Positions 45,501 through 60,600 of a DNA stretch of 64,000 nucleotides are shown in pieces (within the stretch, counting starts at the first letter, position 1; every line of letters begins with the position of its first letter). The notes below the pieces were generated by a model. The model was not told the origin of the DNA. It saw only the letters and a program-made list of their open reading frames with translations, and searched no databases. This stretch comes from Eledone cirrhosa (Eukaryota): assembly GCA_964016885.1 (NCBI GenBank), contig OZ024755.1, positions 43,772,001 through 43,836,000 of the forward strand. Reading direction: 5' to 3'. Made by a program: the position numbers and the translations under genes.

Positions 45501-48500
45501 ACAGTACCAACATATACTTTGTACCACAGTTGACAGTACCAACATATACTGTGTACCACAGTTGACAGTACCAACATATACTGTGTACCACAGTTGACAG
45601 TACTAACATATACTGTGTACCATAGTTGACAGTATCAACGTATATGTGTACCACTGTTGACAGTACTAACATATGCTGTGTACTACACTTGACAGTACCA
45701 ACATATACTGTGTACCACAGTTGACAGTACTAACATATCCTGTGTACCTCAGTTGAAAGTACCAACATATACTGTGTACCACAGTTGACAGTACCAACAT
45801 ATACTGTGTACCACAGGTGACAGTACCAACGTATACTGTGTACCACAGTTGACAGTACCAACATATACTGTGTACTACAGTTGACAGTACCAACATATAC
45901 TGTGTACCACAGTTGACAGTACTAACATATACCGTGTACCACAGTTGACAGTACCAACATATACTGTGTAGCACAATTGACAGTACCCACATATACTGGG
46001 TACCATAGTTGACAGTACCCACGTATACTGTGTACCACAGTTGACAGTACCAACATATAATATGTACCAAAGTTGTAAGTACCAACGTATACTTTGTACC
46101 ACTGTTGACAGTACCAACATATACTGTGTACCACAGTTGACAGTACCAACATATACTGTGTACCACAGTTGACAGTACAAACATATACTGTGTACTACAT
46201 TTGAGAGTACCAACATATACTGTTTACCACATTTGACAGTACCAACATATACTGTGTGGCACAGTTGACAGTACCCACATATACTGGGTACCCCAGTTGA
46301 TTGTACCAACGTATACTGTGTACCACATTTGACAGTTCCCACATATACAGGGTACCACAGTTGACAATACCATCATATACTGTGTACCACAGTTGATAGT
46401 ACCAACATATACTGTGTACCACAGTTGACAGTACCAACGTATACTGTGTTCCACAGTTGACAGTACCAACATATACTGTGTACCATAGTTGACAGTGTCA
46501 ACGTATCTGTGTACCACAGTTGACATTACTAACATATGCTGTGTACCACAGTTGACAGTACCAACATATACTGTGTACCACAGTTAACAGTACTAACATA
46601 TACCGTGTACCACAGTTGACAGTACCAACATATACTGTGTACCACAGTTGACAGTACCCACATATACTGTGTACCACAGTTAACAGTACTAACATATACC
46701 GTGTACCACAGTTGACAATACCAACATATACTGTGTACCACAGTTGACAGTACCAACATATACAGTGTACCACAGTTGACAGTATCAACATATACTGTGT
46801 ACCACAGTTAACAGTACCAACGTATACTGTGTACCACAGTTGACAGTACCAACATATACTGTGTAACACAGTTGACAGTACCAACATACACCGTGTACCA
46901 CAGTTGACAGTACCAACGTATACTGTGTACCACAGTTGAAAGTACCAACATATACTGTGTACCACAGTTGACAGTACCAACATATACTGTGTACCACAGT
47001 TGACAGTACCAACATATACTGTGTACCACAGTTGAGAGTACCAACGTATACTGTATAACACATTTGACAGTACCAACGTAAACTGTGTACCACAGTTGAC
47101 AGTACCAACCTATACTGTGTACCACTGGTGACAGTACCAACATATACCGTGTACCACAGTTGACATTACCAACATATACAGTATACCACTGTTGACAGTA
47201 CCAACATATACTGTGTACCACAGTTGACAGTACCAACGTATACTGTGTATATTACCACAGTTGACAGTACCAACATATACTGTGTACAACAGTTGAGAGT
47301 ACCAACGTATACCGTGTACCACAGTTGACAGTACCAACATATACTGTGTACCACAGTTGACAGTTCCAACATATACTGTGTACCACAGTTGAAAGTACCA
47401 AAGTATACTGTGTACCACAGTTGACAATACCATTATATACTGTGTACCACAGTTGACAGTACCAACATATATGGTGTACCACAGTTGACAGTACTAACAT
47501 ATACTGTGTACCACAATTGACAGTACCAACGTATACTGTGTACCACAGTTGACAGTACCAACGTATACTCTGTACCAAAGTTGACAATACCAACATATAC
47601 TGTGTACCACAGTTGACAGTACCAACATATACTGTGTACCACAGTTGACAGTACCAACATATACTGTGTACCACAGTTGACAATACCAGCGTATACTGTG
47701 TACCACAGTTGACAGTACCAACATATACCGTGTACCACAGTTGAGCGTACCAACATATACTGTGTACCACAGTTGATAGTACCAACATATACTGTGTACC
47801 ACAGTTGACAGTACCAACGTATACTGTGTACCACAGTTGACAATACCAACGTATTCTGTGTACCACAGTTGACAATACCAACACATACTGTGTACCACAG
47901 TTGACAGTACCAACATATACTGTGTACCACAGTTGACAGTTCCAACATATATGGTGTACCACTGTTGACACTACCGACATATACTGTGTAGCACATTTGA
48001 CAGTACTAACATATACTGTGTACCACAGTTGCGAGTACCAACATATACTGGGTACCAATGTTGATAGTACCAACATATACTGTGTACCACAGTTGACATT
48101 ACTAACATATGCTGTGTACCACAGTTGACAGTACCAACATATACTGTGTACCACAGTTAACAGTACTAACATATACCGTGTACCACAGTTGACAGTACCA
48201 ACATATACTGTGTACCACAGTTGACAGTACCCACATATACTGTGTACCACAGTTAACAGTACTAACATATACCGTGTACCACAGTTGACAGTACCAACAT
48301 ATACTGTGTACCACAGTTGACAGTACCAACGTATACTGTGTACCACAGTTGACAGTACCAACATATACTGTGTAACACAGTTGACAGTACCAACATATAC
48401 CGTGTACCACAGTTGACAGTACCAACATATACTGTGTACCACAGTTGAAAGTACCAACATATACTGTGTACCACAGTTGACAGTACCAACATATACTGTG

Positions 48501-51500
48501 TACCACAGTTGACAGTACCAACATATACTGTGTACCACAATTGACAGTACCAACGTATACTGTATACCACATTTGACAGTACCAACGTATACTGTGTACC
48601 ACAGTTGACAGTACCAACCTATACTGTGTACCACTGGTGACAGTACCAACGTATACTGTATATATTACCACAGTTGACAGTACCAATATATACTGTGTAC
48701 CGCAGTTAACAGTAGCAACATATACCGTGTACCACAGTTGAGAGTACCAACATATACTGTGTACCAAAGTTGACAGTACCAACGTATACTGTGTACCACT
48801 GTTGACAATACCAACATATACTGTGTACCACAGTTGACAGTACCAACATATACTGTGTACCACAGTTGACAGTACCAACATATACTGTGTACCACAGTTG
48901 ACAGTACCAACATATACTGTGTACCACAGTTGACAGTACCAAAATGTACCGTGTACCACAGTTGGTAGTACCAACGTATACTGTGTACCACAGTTGAGAG
49001 AACCAACGTATACTGTGTACAACAGTTGACAGTACCAACATATACTTTGTACCACAGTTGACAGTACCCACATATCCTGTGTACCTCAGTTGACAGTACC
49101 AACATATACTGTGTACCACAGTTGACAGTACCAACATATACTGTGTACTACAGTTGACAGTACCAACATATACTGTGTACCACAGTTGACAGTACTAACA
49201 TATACCGTGTACCACAGTTGACAGTACCAACATATACTGTGTAGCACAATTGACAGTACCCACATATACTGGGTACCATAGTTGACAGTACCCACGTATA
49301 CTGTGTACCACAGTTGACAGTACCAACATATAATATGTACCAAAGTTGTAAGTACCAACGTATACTTTGTACCACTGTTGACAGTACCAACATATACTGT
49401 GTACCACAGTTGACAGTACCAACATATACTGTGTACCACAGTTGACAGTACAAACATATACTGTGTACTACATTTGAGAGTACCAACATATACTGTGTGG
49501 CACAGTTGACAGTACCCACATATACTGGGTACCCCAGTTGATAGTATCAACGTATACTGTGTACCACATTTGACAGTTCCCACATATACAGGGTACCACA
49601 GTTGACAATACCATCATATACTGTGTACCACAGTTGATAGTACCAACATATACTGTGTACCACAGTTGACAGTACCAACGTATACTGTGTTCCACAGTTG
49701 ACAGTACCAACATATACTGTGTACCATAGTTGACAGTGTCAACGTATCTGTGTACCACAGTTGACATTACTAACATATGCTGTGTACCACAGTTGACAGT
49801 ACCAACATATACTGTGTACCACAGTTAACAGTACTAACATATACCGTGTACCACAGTTGACAGTACCAACATATACTGTGTACCACAGTTGACAGTACCC
49901 ACATATACTGTGTACCACAGTTAACAGTACTAACATATACCGTGTACCACAGTTGACAATACCAACATATACTGTGTACCACAGTTGACAGTACCAACGT
50001 ATACTGTGTACCACAGTTGACAGTACCAACATATACTGTGTAACACAGTTGACAGTACCAACATATACCGTGTACCACAGTTGACAGTACCAACATATAC
50101 TGTGTACCACAGTTGAAAGTACCAACATATACTGTGTACCACAGTTGACAGTACCAACATATACTGTGTACCACAGTTGACAGTACCAACATATACTGTG
50201 TACCACAATTGACAGTACCAACGTATACTGTATACCACATTTGACAGTACCAACGTAAACTGTGTACCACAGTTGACAGTACCAACCTATACTGTGTACC
50301 ACTGGTGAAAGTACCGACGTATACTGTGTATATTACCACAGTTGACAGTACCAACATATACTGTGTACCGCAGTTAACAGTAGCAACATATACCGTGTAC
50401 CACAGTTGAGAGTACCAACATATACTGTGTACCAAAGTTGACAGTACCAACGTATACTGTGTACCACTGTTGACAATACCAACATATACTGTGTACCACA
50501 GTTGACAGTACCAACATATACTGTGTACCACAGTTGACAGTACCAACATATACTGTGTACCTCAGTTGACAGTACCAACATATACTGTGTACCACAGTTG
50601 ACAGTACCAAAATGTACCGTGTACCACAGTTGATAGTACCAACGTATACTGTGTACCACAGTTGAGAGTACCAACGTATACTGTGTACCACAGTTGACAG
50701 TACCAACATATACTTTGTACCACAGTTGACAGTACCAACATATACTGTGTACCACAGTTGACAGTACCAACATATACTGTGTACCACAGTTGACAGTACC
50801 AACATATACTGTGTACCATAGTTGACAGTATCAACGTATATGTGTACCACTGTTGACAGTACTAACATATGCTGTGTACTACACTTGACAGTACCAACAT
50901 ATACTGTGTACCACAGTTGACAGTACTAACATATCCTGTGTACCTCAGTTGAAAGTACCAACATATACTGTGTACCACAGTTGACAGTACCAACATATAC
51001 TGTGTACCACAGGTGACAGTACCAACGTATACTGTGTACCACAGTTGACAGTACCAACATATACTGTGTACTACAGTTGACAGTACCAACATATACTGTG
51101 TACCACAGTTGACAGTACTAACATATACCGTGTACCACAGTTGACAGTACCAACATATACTGTGTAGCACAATTGACAGTACCCACATATACTGGGTACC
51201 ATAGTTGACAGTACCCACGTATACTGTGTACCACAGTTGACAGTACCAACATATAATATGTACCAAAGTTGTAAGTACCAACGTATACTTTGTACCACTG
51301 TTGACAGTACCAACATATACTGTGTACCACAGTTGACAGTACCAACATATACTGTGTACCACAGTTGACAGTACAAACATATACTGTGTACTACATTTGA
51401 GAGTACCAACATATACTGTTTACCACATTTGACAGTACCAACATATACTGTGTGGCACAGTTGACAGTACCCACATATACTGGGTACCCCAGTTGATTGT

Positions 51501-54500
51501 ACCAACGTATACTGTGTACCACATTTGACAGTTCCCACATATACAGGGTACCACAGTTGACAATACCATCATATACTGTGTACCACAGTTGATAGTACCA
51601 ACATATACTGTGTACCACAGTTGACAGTACCAACGTATACTGTGTTCCACAGTTGACAGTACCAACATATACTGTGTACCATAGTTGACAGTGTCAACGT
51701 ATCTGTGTACCACAGTTGACATTACTAACATATGCTGTGTACCACAGTTGACAGTACCAACATATACTGTGTACCACAGTTAACAGTACTAACATATACC
51801 GTGTACCACAGTTGACAGTACCAACATATACTGTGTACCACAGTTGACAGTACCCACATATACTGTGTACCACAGTTAACAGTACTAACATATACCGTGT
51901 ACCACAGTTGACAATACCAACATATACTGTGTACCACAGTTGACAGTACCAACATATACAGTGTACCACAGTTGACAGTATCAACATATACTGTGTACCA
52001 CAGTTAACAGTACCAACGTATACTGTGTACCACAGTTGACAGTACCAACATATACTGTGTAACACAGTTGACAGTACCAACATACACCGTGTACCACAGT
52101 TGACAGTACCAACGTATACTGTGTACCACAGTTGAAAGTACCAACATATACTGTGTACCACAGTTGACAGTACCAACATATACTGTGTACCACAGTTGAC
52201 AGTACCAACATATACTGTGTACCACAGTTGAGAGTACCAACGTATACTGTATAACACATTTGACAGTACCAACGTAAACTGTGTACCACAGTTGACAGTA
52301 CCAACCTATACTGTGTACCACTGGTGACAGTACCAACATATACCGTGTACCACAGTTGACATTACCAACATATACAGTATACCACTGTTGACAGTACCAA
52401 CATATACTGTGTACCACAGTTGACAGTACCAACGTATACTGTGTATATTACCACAGTTGACAGTACCAACATATACTGTGTACAACAGTTGAGAGTACCA
52501 ACGTATACCGTGTACCACAGTTGACAGTACCAACATATACTGTGTACCACAGTTGACAGTTCCAACATATACTGTGTACCACAGTTGAAAGTACCAAAGT
52601 ATACTGTGTACCACAGTTGACAATACCATTATATACTGTGTACCACAGTTGACAGTACCAACATATATGGTGTACCACAGTTGACAGTACTAACATATAC
52701 TGTGTACCACAATTGACAGTACCAACGTATACTGTGTACCACAGTTGACAGTACCAACGTATACTGTGTACCAAAGTTGACAATACCAACATATACTGTG
52801 TACCACAGTTGACAGTACCAACATATACTGTGTACCACAGTTGACAGTACCAACATATACTGTGTACCACAGTTGACAATACCAGCGTATACTGTGTACC
52901 ACAGTTGACAGTACCAACATATACCGTGTACCACAGTTGAGCGTACCAACATATACTGTGTACCACAGTTGATAGTACCAACATATACTGTGTACCACAG
53001 TTGACAGTACCAACGTATACTGTGTACCACAGTTGACAATACCAACGTATTCTGTGTACCACAGTTGACAATACCAACACATACTGTGTACCACAGTTGA
53101 CAGTACCAACATATACTGTGTACCACAGTTGACAGTTCCATCATATATGGTGTACCACTGTTGACACTACCGACATATACTGTGTAGCACATTTGACAGT
53201 ACTAACATATACTGTGTACCACAGTTGCGAGTACCAACATATACTGGGTACCAATGTTGATAGTACCAACATATACTGTGTACCACAGTTGACATTACTA
53301 ACATATGCTGTGTACCACAGTTGACAGTACCAACATATACTGTGTACCACAGTTAACAGTACTAACATATACCGTGTACCACAGTTGACAGTACCAACAT
53401 ATACTGTGTACCACAGTTGACAGTACCCACATATACTGTGTACCACAGTTAACAGTACTAACATATACCGTGTACCACAGTTGACAGTACCAACATATAC
53501 TGTGTACCACAGTTGACAGTACCAACGTATACTGTGTACCACAGTTGACAGTACCAACATATACTGTGTAACACAGTTGACAGTACCAACATATACCGTG
53601 TACCACAGTTGACAGTACCAACATATACTGTGTACCACAGTTGAAAGTACCAACATATACTGTGTACCACAGTTGACAGTACCAACATATACTGTGTACC
53701 ACAGTTGACAGTACCAACATATACTGTGTACCACAATTGACAGTACCAACGTATACTGTATACCACATTTGACAGTACCAACGTATACTGTGTACCACAG
53801 TTGACAGTACCAACCTATACTGTGTACCACTGGTGACAGTACCAACGTATACTGTGTATATTACCACAGTTGACAGTACCAACATATACTGTGTACCGCA
53901 GTTAACAGTAGCAACATATACCGTGTACCACAGTTGAGAGTACCAACATATACTGTGTACCAAAGTTGACAGTACCAACGTATACTGTGTACCACTGTTG
54001 ACAATACCAACATATACTGTGTACCAGAGTTGACAGTACCAACATATACTGTGTACCACAGTTGACAGTACCAACATATACTGTGTACCTCAATTGACAG
54101 TACCAACATATACTGTGTACCACAGTTGACAGTACCAAAATGTACCGTGTACCACAGTTGGTAGTACCAACGTATACTGTGTACCACAGTTGAGAGTACC
54201 AACGTATACTGTGTACCACAGTTGACAGTACCAACATATACTTTGTACCACAGTTGACAGTACCCACATATCCTGTGTACCTCAGTTGACAGTACCAACA
54301 TATACTGTGTACCACAGTTGACAGTACCAACATATACTGTGTACTACAGTTGACAGTACCTACATATACTGTGTACCACAGTTGACAGTACTAACATATA
54401 CCGTGTACCACAGTTGACAGTACCAACATATACTGTGTAGCACAATTGACAGTACCCACATATACTGGGTACCATAGTTGACAGTACCCACGTATACTGT

Positions 54501-55950
54501 GTACCACAGTTGACAGTACCAACATATAATATGTACCAAAGTTGTAAGTACCAACGTATACTTTGTACCACTGTTGACAGTACCAACATATACTGTGTAC
54601 CACAGTTGACAGTACCAACATATACTGTGTACCACAGTTGACAGTACAAACATATACTGTGTACTACATTTGAGAGTACCAACATATACTGTGTGGCACA
54701 GTTGACAGTACCCACATATACTGGGTACCCCAGTTGATAGTATCAACGTATACTGTGTACCACATTTGACAGTTCCCACATATACAGGGTACCACAGTTG
54801 ACAATACCATCATATACTGTGTACCACAGTTGATAGTACCAACATATACTGTGTACCACAGTTGACAGTACCAACGTATACTGTGTTCCACAGTTGACAG
54901 TACCAACATATACTGTGTACCATAGTTGACAGTGTCAACTTATCTGTGTACCACAGTTGACATTACTAACATATGCTGTGTACCACAGTTGACAGTACCA
55001 ACATATACTGTGTACCACAGTTAACAGTACTAACATATACCGTGTACCACAGTTGACAGTACCAACATATACTGTGTACCACAGTTGACAGTACCCACAT
55101 ATACTGTGTACCACAGTTAACAGTACTAACATATACCGTGTACCACAGTTGACAATACCAACATATACTGTGTACCACAGTTGACAGTACCAACATATAC
55201 TGTGTACCACAGTTGACAGTACCAACGTATACTGTGTACCACAGTTGACAGTACCAACATATACTGTGTAACACAGTTGACAGTACCAACATATACCGTG
55301 TACCACAGTTGACAGTACCAACATATACTGTGTACCACATTTGAAAGTACCAACATATACTGTGTACCACAGTTGACAGTACCAACATATACTGTGTACC
55401 ACAATTGACAGTACTAACGTATACTGTATACCACATTTGACAGTACCAACGTAAACTGTGTACCACAGTTGACAGTACCAACCTATACTGTGTACCACTG
55501 GTGACAGTACCAACGTATACTGTGTATATTACCACAGTTGACAGTACCAACATATACTGTGTACCGCAGTTAACAGTAGCAACATATACCGTGTACCACA
55601 GTTGAGAGTACCAACATATACTGTGTACCAAAGTTGACAGTACCAACGTATACTGTGTACCACTGTTGACAATACCAACATATACTGTGTACCACAGTTG
55701 ACAGTACCAACATATACTGTGTACCACAGTTGACAGTACCAACATATACTGTGTACCTCAATTGACAGTACCAACATATACTGTGTACCACAGTTGACAG
55801 TACCAAAATGTACCGTGTACGACAGTTGGTAGTACCAACGTATACTGTGTACCACAGTTGAGAGTACCAACGTATACTGTGAACCACAGTTGACAGTACC
55901 AACATATACTTTGTACCACAGTTGACAGTACCCACATATCCTGTGTACCT
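40400..55950. repeat. About three tandem copies of a ~5.2-kb super-unit (5,196-5,228 bp; 162-163 monomers + 12 bp)
   Basis: GTTGTAAG at 40846, 44117, 46072, 49345, 51268, 54541 (alternating ~3.27/1.94 kb). ORF pairs 43437/48665/53861, 40440/45666/50862 and 41882/47110/52306. Confidence 0.88.
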
Positions 55951-57600
55951 CAGTTGACAGTACCAACATATACTGTGTACCACAGTTGACAGTACCAACA
56001 TATAGTGTGTACTACAGTTGACAGTACCAACATATACTGTGTACCACAGTTGACAGTACTAACATATACCGTGTACCACAGTTGACAGTACCAACATATA
56101 CTGTGTAGCACAATTGACAGTACCCACATATACTGGGTACCATAGTTGACAGTGCCCACGTATACTGTGTACCACAGTTGACAGTACCAACATATAATAT
56201 GTACCAAAGTTGTAAGTACCAACGTATACTTTGTACCACTGTTGACAGTACCAACATATACTGTGTACCACAGTTGACAGTACCAACATATACTGTGTAC
56301 CACAGTTGACAGTACAAACATATACTGTGTACTACATTTGAGAGTACCAACATATACTGTGTGGCACAGTTGACAGTACCCACATATACTGGGTACCCCA
56401 GTTGATAGTATCAACGTATACTGTGTACCACATTTGACAGTTCCCACATATACAGGGTACCACAGTTGACAATACCATCATATACTGTGTACCACAGTTG
56501 ATAGTACCAACATATACTGTGTACCACAGTTGACAGTACCAACGTATACTGTGTTCCACAGTTGACAGTACCAACATATACTGTGTACCATAGTTGACAG
56601 TGTCAACTTATCTGTGTACCACAGTTGACATTACTAACATATGCTGTGTACCACAGTTGACAGTACCAACATATACTGTGTACCACAGTTAACAGTACTA
56701 ACATATACCGTGTACCACAGTTGACAGTACCAACATATACTGTGTACCACAGTTGAGAGTACCCACATATAATGTGTACCACAGTTAACAGTACTAACAT
56801 ATACCGTGTACCACAGTTGACAATACCAACATATACTGTGTACCACAGTTGACAGTACCAACATATACTGTGTACCACAGTTGACAGTACCAACGTATAC
56901 TGTGTACCACAGTTGACAGTACCAACATATACTGTGTAACACAGTTGACAGTACCAACATATACCGTGTACCACAGTTGACAGTACCAACATATACTGTG
57001 TACCACATTTGAAAGTACCAACATATACTGTGTACCACAGTTGACAGTACCAACATATACTGTGTACCACAGTTGACAGTACCAACATATACTGTGTACC
57101 ACAATTGACAGTACCAACGTATACTGTATACCACATTTGACAGTACCAACGTAAACTGTGTACCACAGTTGACAGTACCAACCTATACTGTGTACCACTG
57201 GTGACAGTACCAACGTATACTGTGTATATTACCACAGTTGACAGTACCAACATATACTGTGTACCGCAGTTAACAGTAGCAACATATACCGTGTACCACA
57301 GTTGAGAGTACCAACATATACTGTGTACCAAAGTTGACAGTACCAACGTATACTGTGTACCACTGTTGACAATACCAACATATACTGTGTACCACAGTTG
57401 ACAGTACCAACATATACTGTGTACCACAGTTGACAGTACCAACATATACTGTGTACCACAGTTGACAGTACCAACATATACTGTGTACCACAGTTGACAG
57501 TACCAAAATGTACCGTGTACCACAGTTGATAGTACCAACGTATACTGTGTACCACAGTTGAGAGTACCAACGTATACTGTGTACCACAGTTGACAGTACC
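53860..57600. repeat. Short derived HOR of 1,668-1,700 bp (52-53 monomers + 4 bp) in tandem
   Basis: GTTGTAAG 54541/56209. Private variants GTGTCAACTTATCTG (~54932/56600), CCTCAATTGAC (~54088/55756) and CATTTGAAAG (~55338/57006). ORF ends at 53861/55529/57229. Confidence 0.82.
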
Positions 57601-60600
57601 AACATATACTTTGTACCACAGTTGACAGTACCAACATATACTGTGTACCACAGTTGACAGTACCAACATATACTGTGTACCACTGTTGACAGTACCAACA
57701 TATACTGTGTACCACTGTTGACCACCAACATATACCGTGTACCACAGTTCACAGTACCAACGTATACTGTGTATGTTACCACAGTTGACAGTACCAACAT
57801 ATACTGTGTACCAGAGTTGACAGTACCAACATATACTGTGTACCACTGTTGACTACCAACATATACCATGTACCACAGTTCACAGTACCAACGTATACTG
57901 TGTATGTTACCACATTTGACAGTACCAACATATACTGTGTACCACAGTTGAGAGTACCAACATATACTGGGTACCACTGTTGACAGTACCAACATATACT
58001 GTGTACCACAGTTGACAGTATCAACATATACTGTGTACCACTGTTGACAGTACCAACATATATGGTGTACCACTGTTGACACTACCGACATATACTGCGT
58101 AACACAGTTGACCGTACCAACATATACTGTATACCACATTTGACAGTACCAACGTAAACTGTGTACCACAGTTGACAGTACCAACCTATACTGTGTACCA
58201 CTGGTGACATTACCAACATATACCGTGTACCACAGTTGACAGTACCAACATATACTGTATGCCACTGTTGACAGTACCAACATATACTGTGTACCACAGT
58301 TGACAGTACCAACGTATACTGTGTATATTACGACAGTTGACAGTACCAACATATACTGTGTACCGCAGTTAACAGTAGCAACATATACCGTGTACCACAG
58401 TTGAGAGTACCAACATATATTGTGTACCAAAGTTGACAGTACCAACGTATACTGTGTACCACTGTTGACAATACCAACATATACCATGTACCACAGTTCA
58501 CAGTACCAACGTATACTGTGTATGTTACCACAGTTGACAGTACCAACATATACTGTGTACCACAGTTGAGAGTACCAACATATTCTGGGTACCACTGTTG
58601 ACAGTACCAACATATACTGTGTACCACAGTTGACAGTATCAACATATACTGTGTACCACTGTTGACAGTACCAACATATATGGTGTACCACTGTTGACAC
58701 TACCGACATATACTGCGTAACATAGTTGACATTACCAACATATACTGTGTACCACAGTTGACAGTACTAACGTATACTGTGTACCACAGTTGCCAATGCC
58801 AACATATACTGTGTACCACAGTTGACAGTACCAACATATACTGTGTACCACAGTTGACAGTACCAACATATACTGTGTACCACAGTTAACAGTACCAACA
58901 TATACTGTGTACCACAGTTGACAGTACCAACATATACTGTGTACCTCAGTTGACAGTACCAACATATACTGTGTACCACAGTTGACAATACCAACATATA
59001 CTGTGTACCACAGTTGACAGTACCAACATATACTGTGTACCACAGTTGACAGTACCAACATATACTGTGTACCACAGTTGACAGTACAAACATATACTTT
59101 GTACCACAGTTGACAGTACCAACATATACTGTGTACCACAGTTAATAGTACCAACATATACTGTGTACCACATTTGACAGTACCAACGTATACTGTGTAC
59201 CAAAGTTGACAGTACCATCATATACTGTGTACCACAGTTGACAGTACCAACGTATACTGTGTACCAGAGTTGACAGTACCAACATATACTGTGTACCACA
59301 GCTGAGACTACCAACATATACTGTGTACCACAGTTGACAGTACCAACGTATATTGTGTACCACTATTGACAGTACCAACATATACTGTGTATCACAGTTG
59401 ACAGTACCAACATATACAGTGTATCACAATTGACAGTACCAACATATACTGTGTACCACAGTTGACAGTACCAACATATACTGTGTACCACAGTTGACAG
59501 TACCAACATGTACCGTCTACCACAGTTGATAGTACCAACATATACTGTGTACCACAGTTGAGAGTACCAACGTATACTGTGTACCACAGTTGATTGTAGC
59601 AACGTATACTCTGTACCACAGTTGACAGTACCAACATATACTGTGTACCACAGTTGACAGTACCAACATATACTGTGTACCACTGTTGACAGTACCATCA
59701 TATACCATGTACCACAGTTGACAGTACCAACATATACTGTGTACCACTGTTGACAGTACCAACATATACCGTGTCCCACAGTTCACAGTACCAACTTATA
59801 CTGTGTATGTTACCACAGTTGACAGTACCAACATATACTGTGTACCACAGTTGAGAGTACCAACATATACTGGGTACCACTGTTGACAGTACCAACATAT
59901 ACTGTGTACCACAGTTGACAGTACCAACATATAGTGTGTACCACAGTTGACAGTACCAACATATACTGTGTACCGCAGTTAACAGTAGCAACATATACCG
60001 TGTACCACAGTTGAGAGTACCAACATATACTGTGTACCACAGTTGACAGTACCAACATATACTGTGTACCACAGTTGACAGTACCAACATATACTGTGTA
60101 CCATAGTTGACAGTGCCAACATATACCGTGTACCACAGTTGACAATACCAACATATACTGTGTACCACAGTTGACAGTACCAACATATACTGTGTACCAC
60201 AGTTGACAGTACCAACGTATACTGTGTACCACAGTTGACAGTACCAACATATACTGTGTAACACAGTTGACAGTACCAACATATACCGTGTACCACAGTT
60301 GACAGTACCAACGTATACTGTGTACCACAGTTGAAAGTACCAACATATACTGTGTACCACAGTTGACAGTACCAACATATACTGTGTACCACAGTTCACA
60401 GTACCAACATATACTGTGTACCACAGTTGACAGTACCAACGTATACTGTATACCACATTTGACAGTACCAACGTAAACTGTGTACCACAGTTGAAAGTAC
60501 CAACCTATACTGTGTACCACTGGAGACAGTACCAACATATACCGTGTACCACAGTTGACAGTACCAACATATACTGTATACCACTGTTGACAGTACCAAC

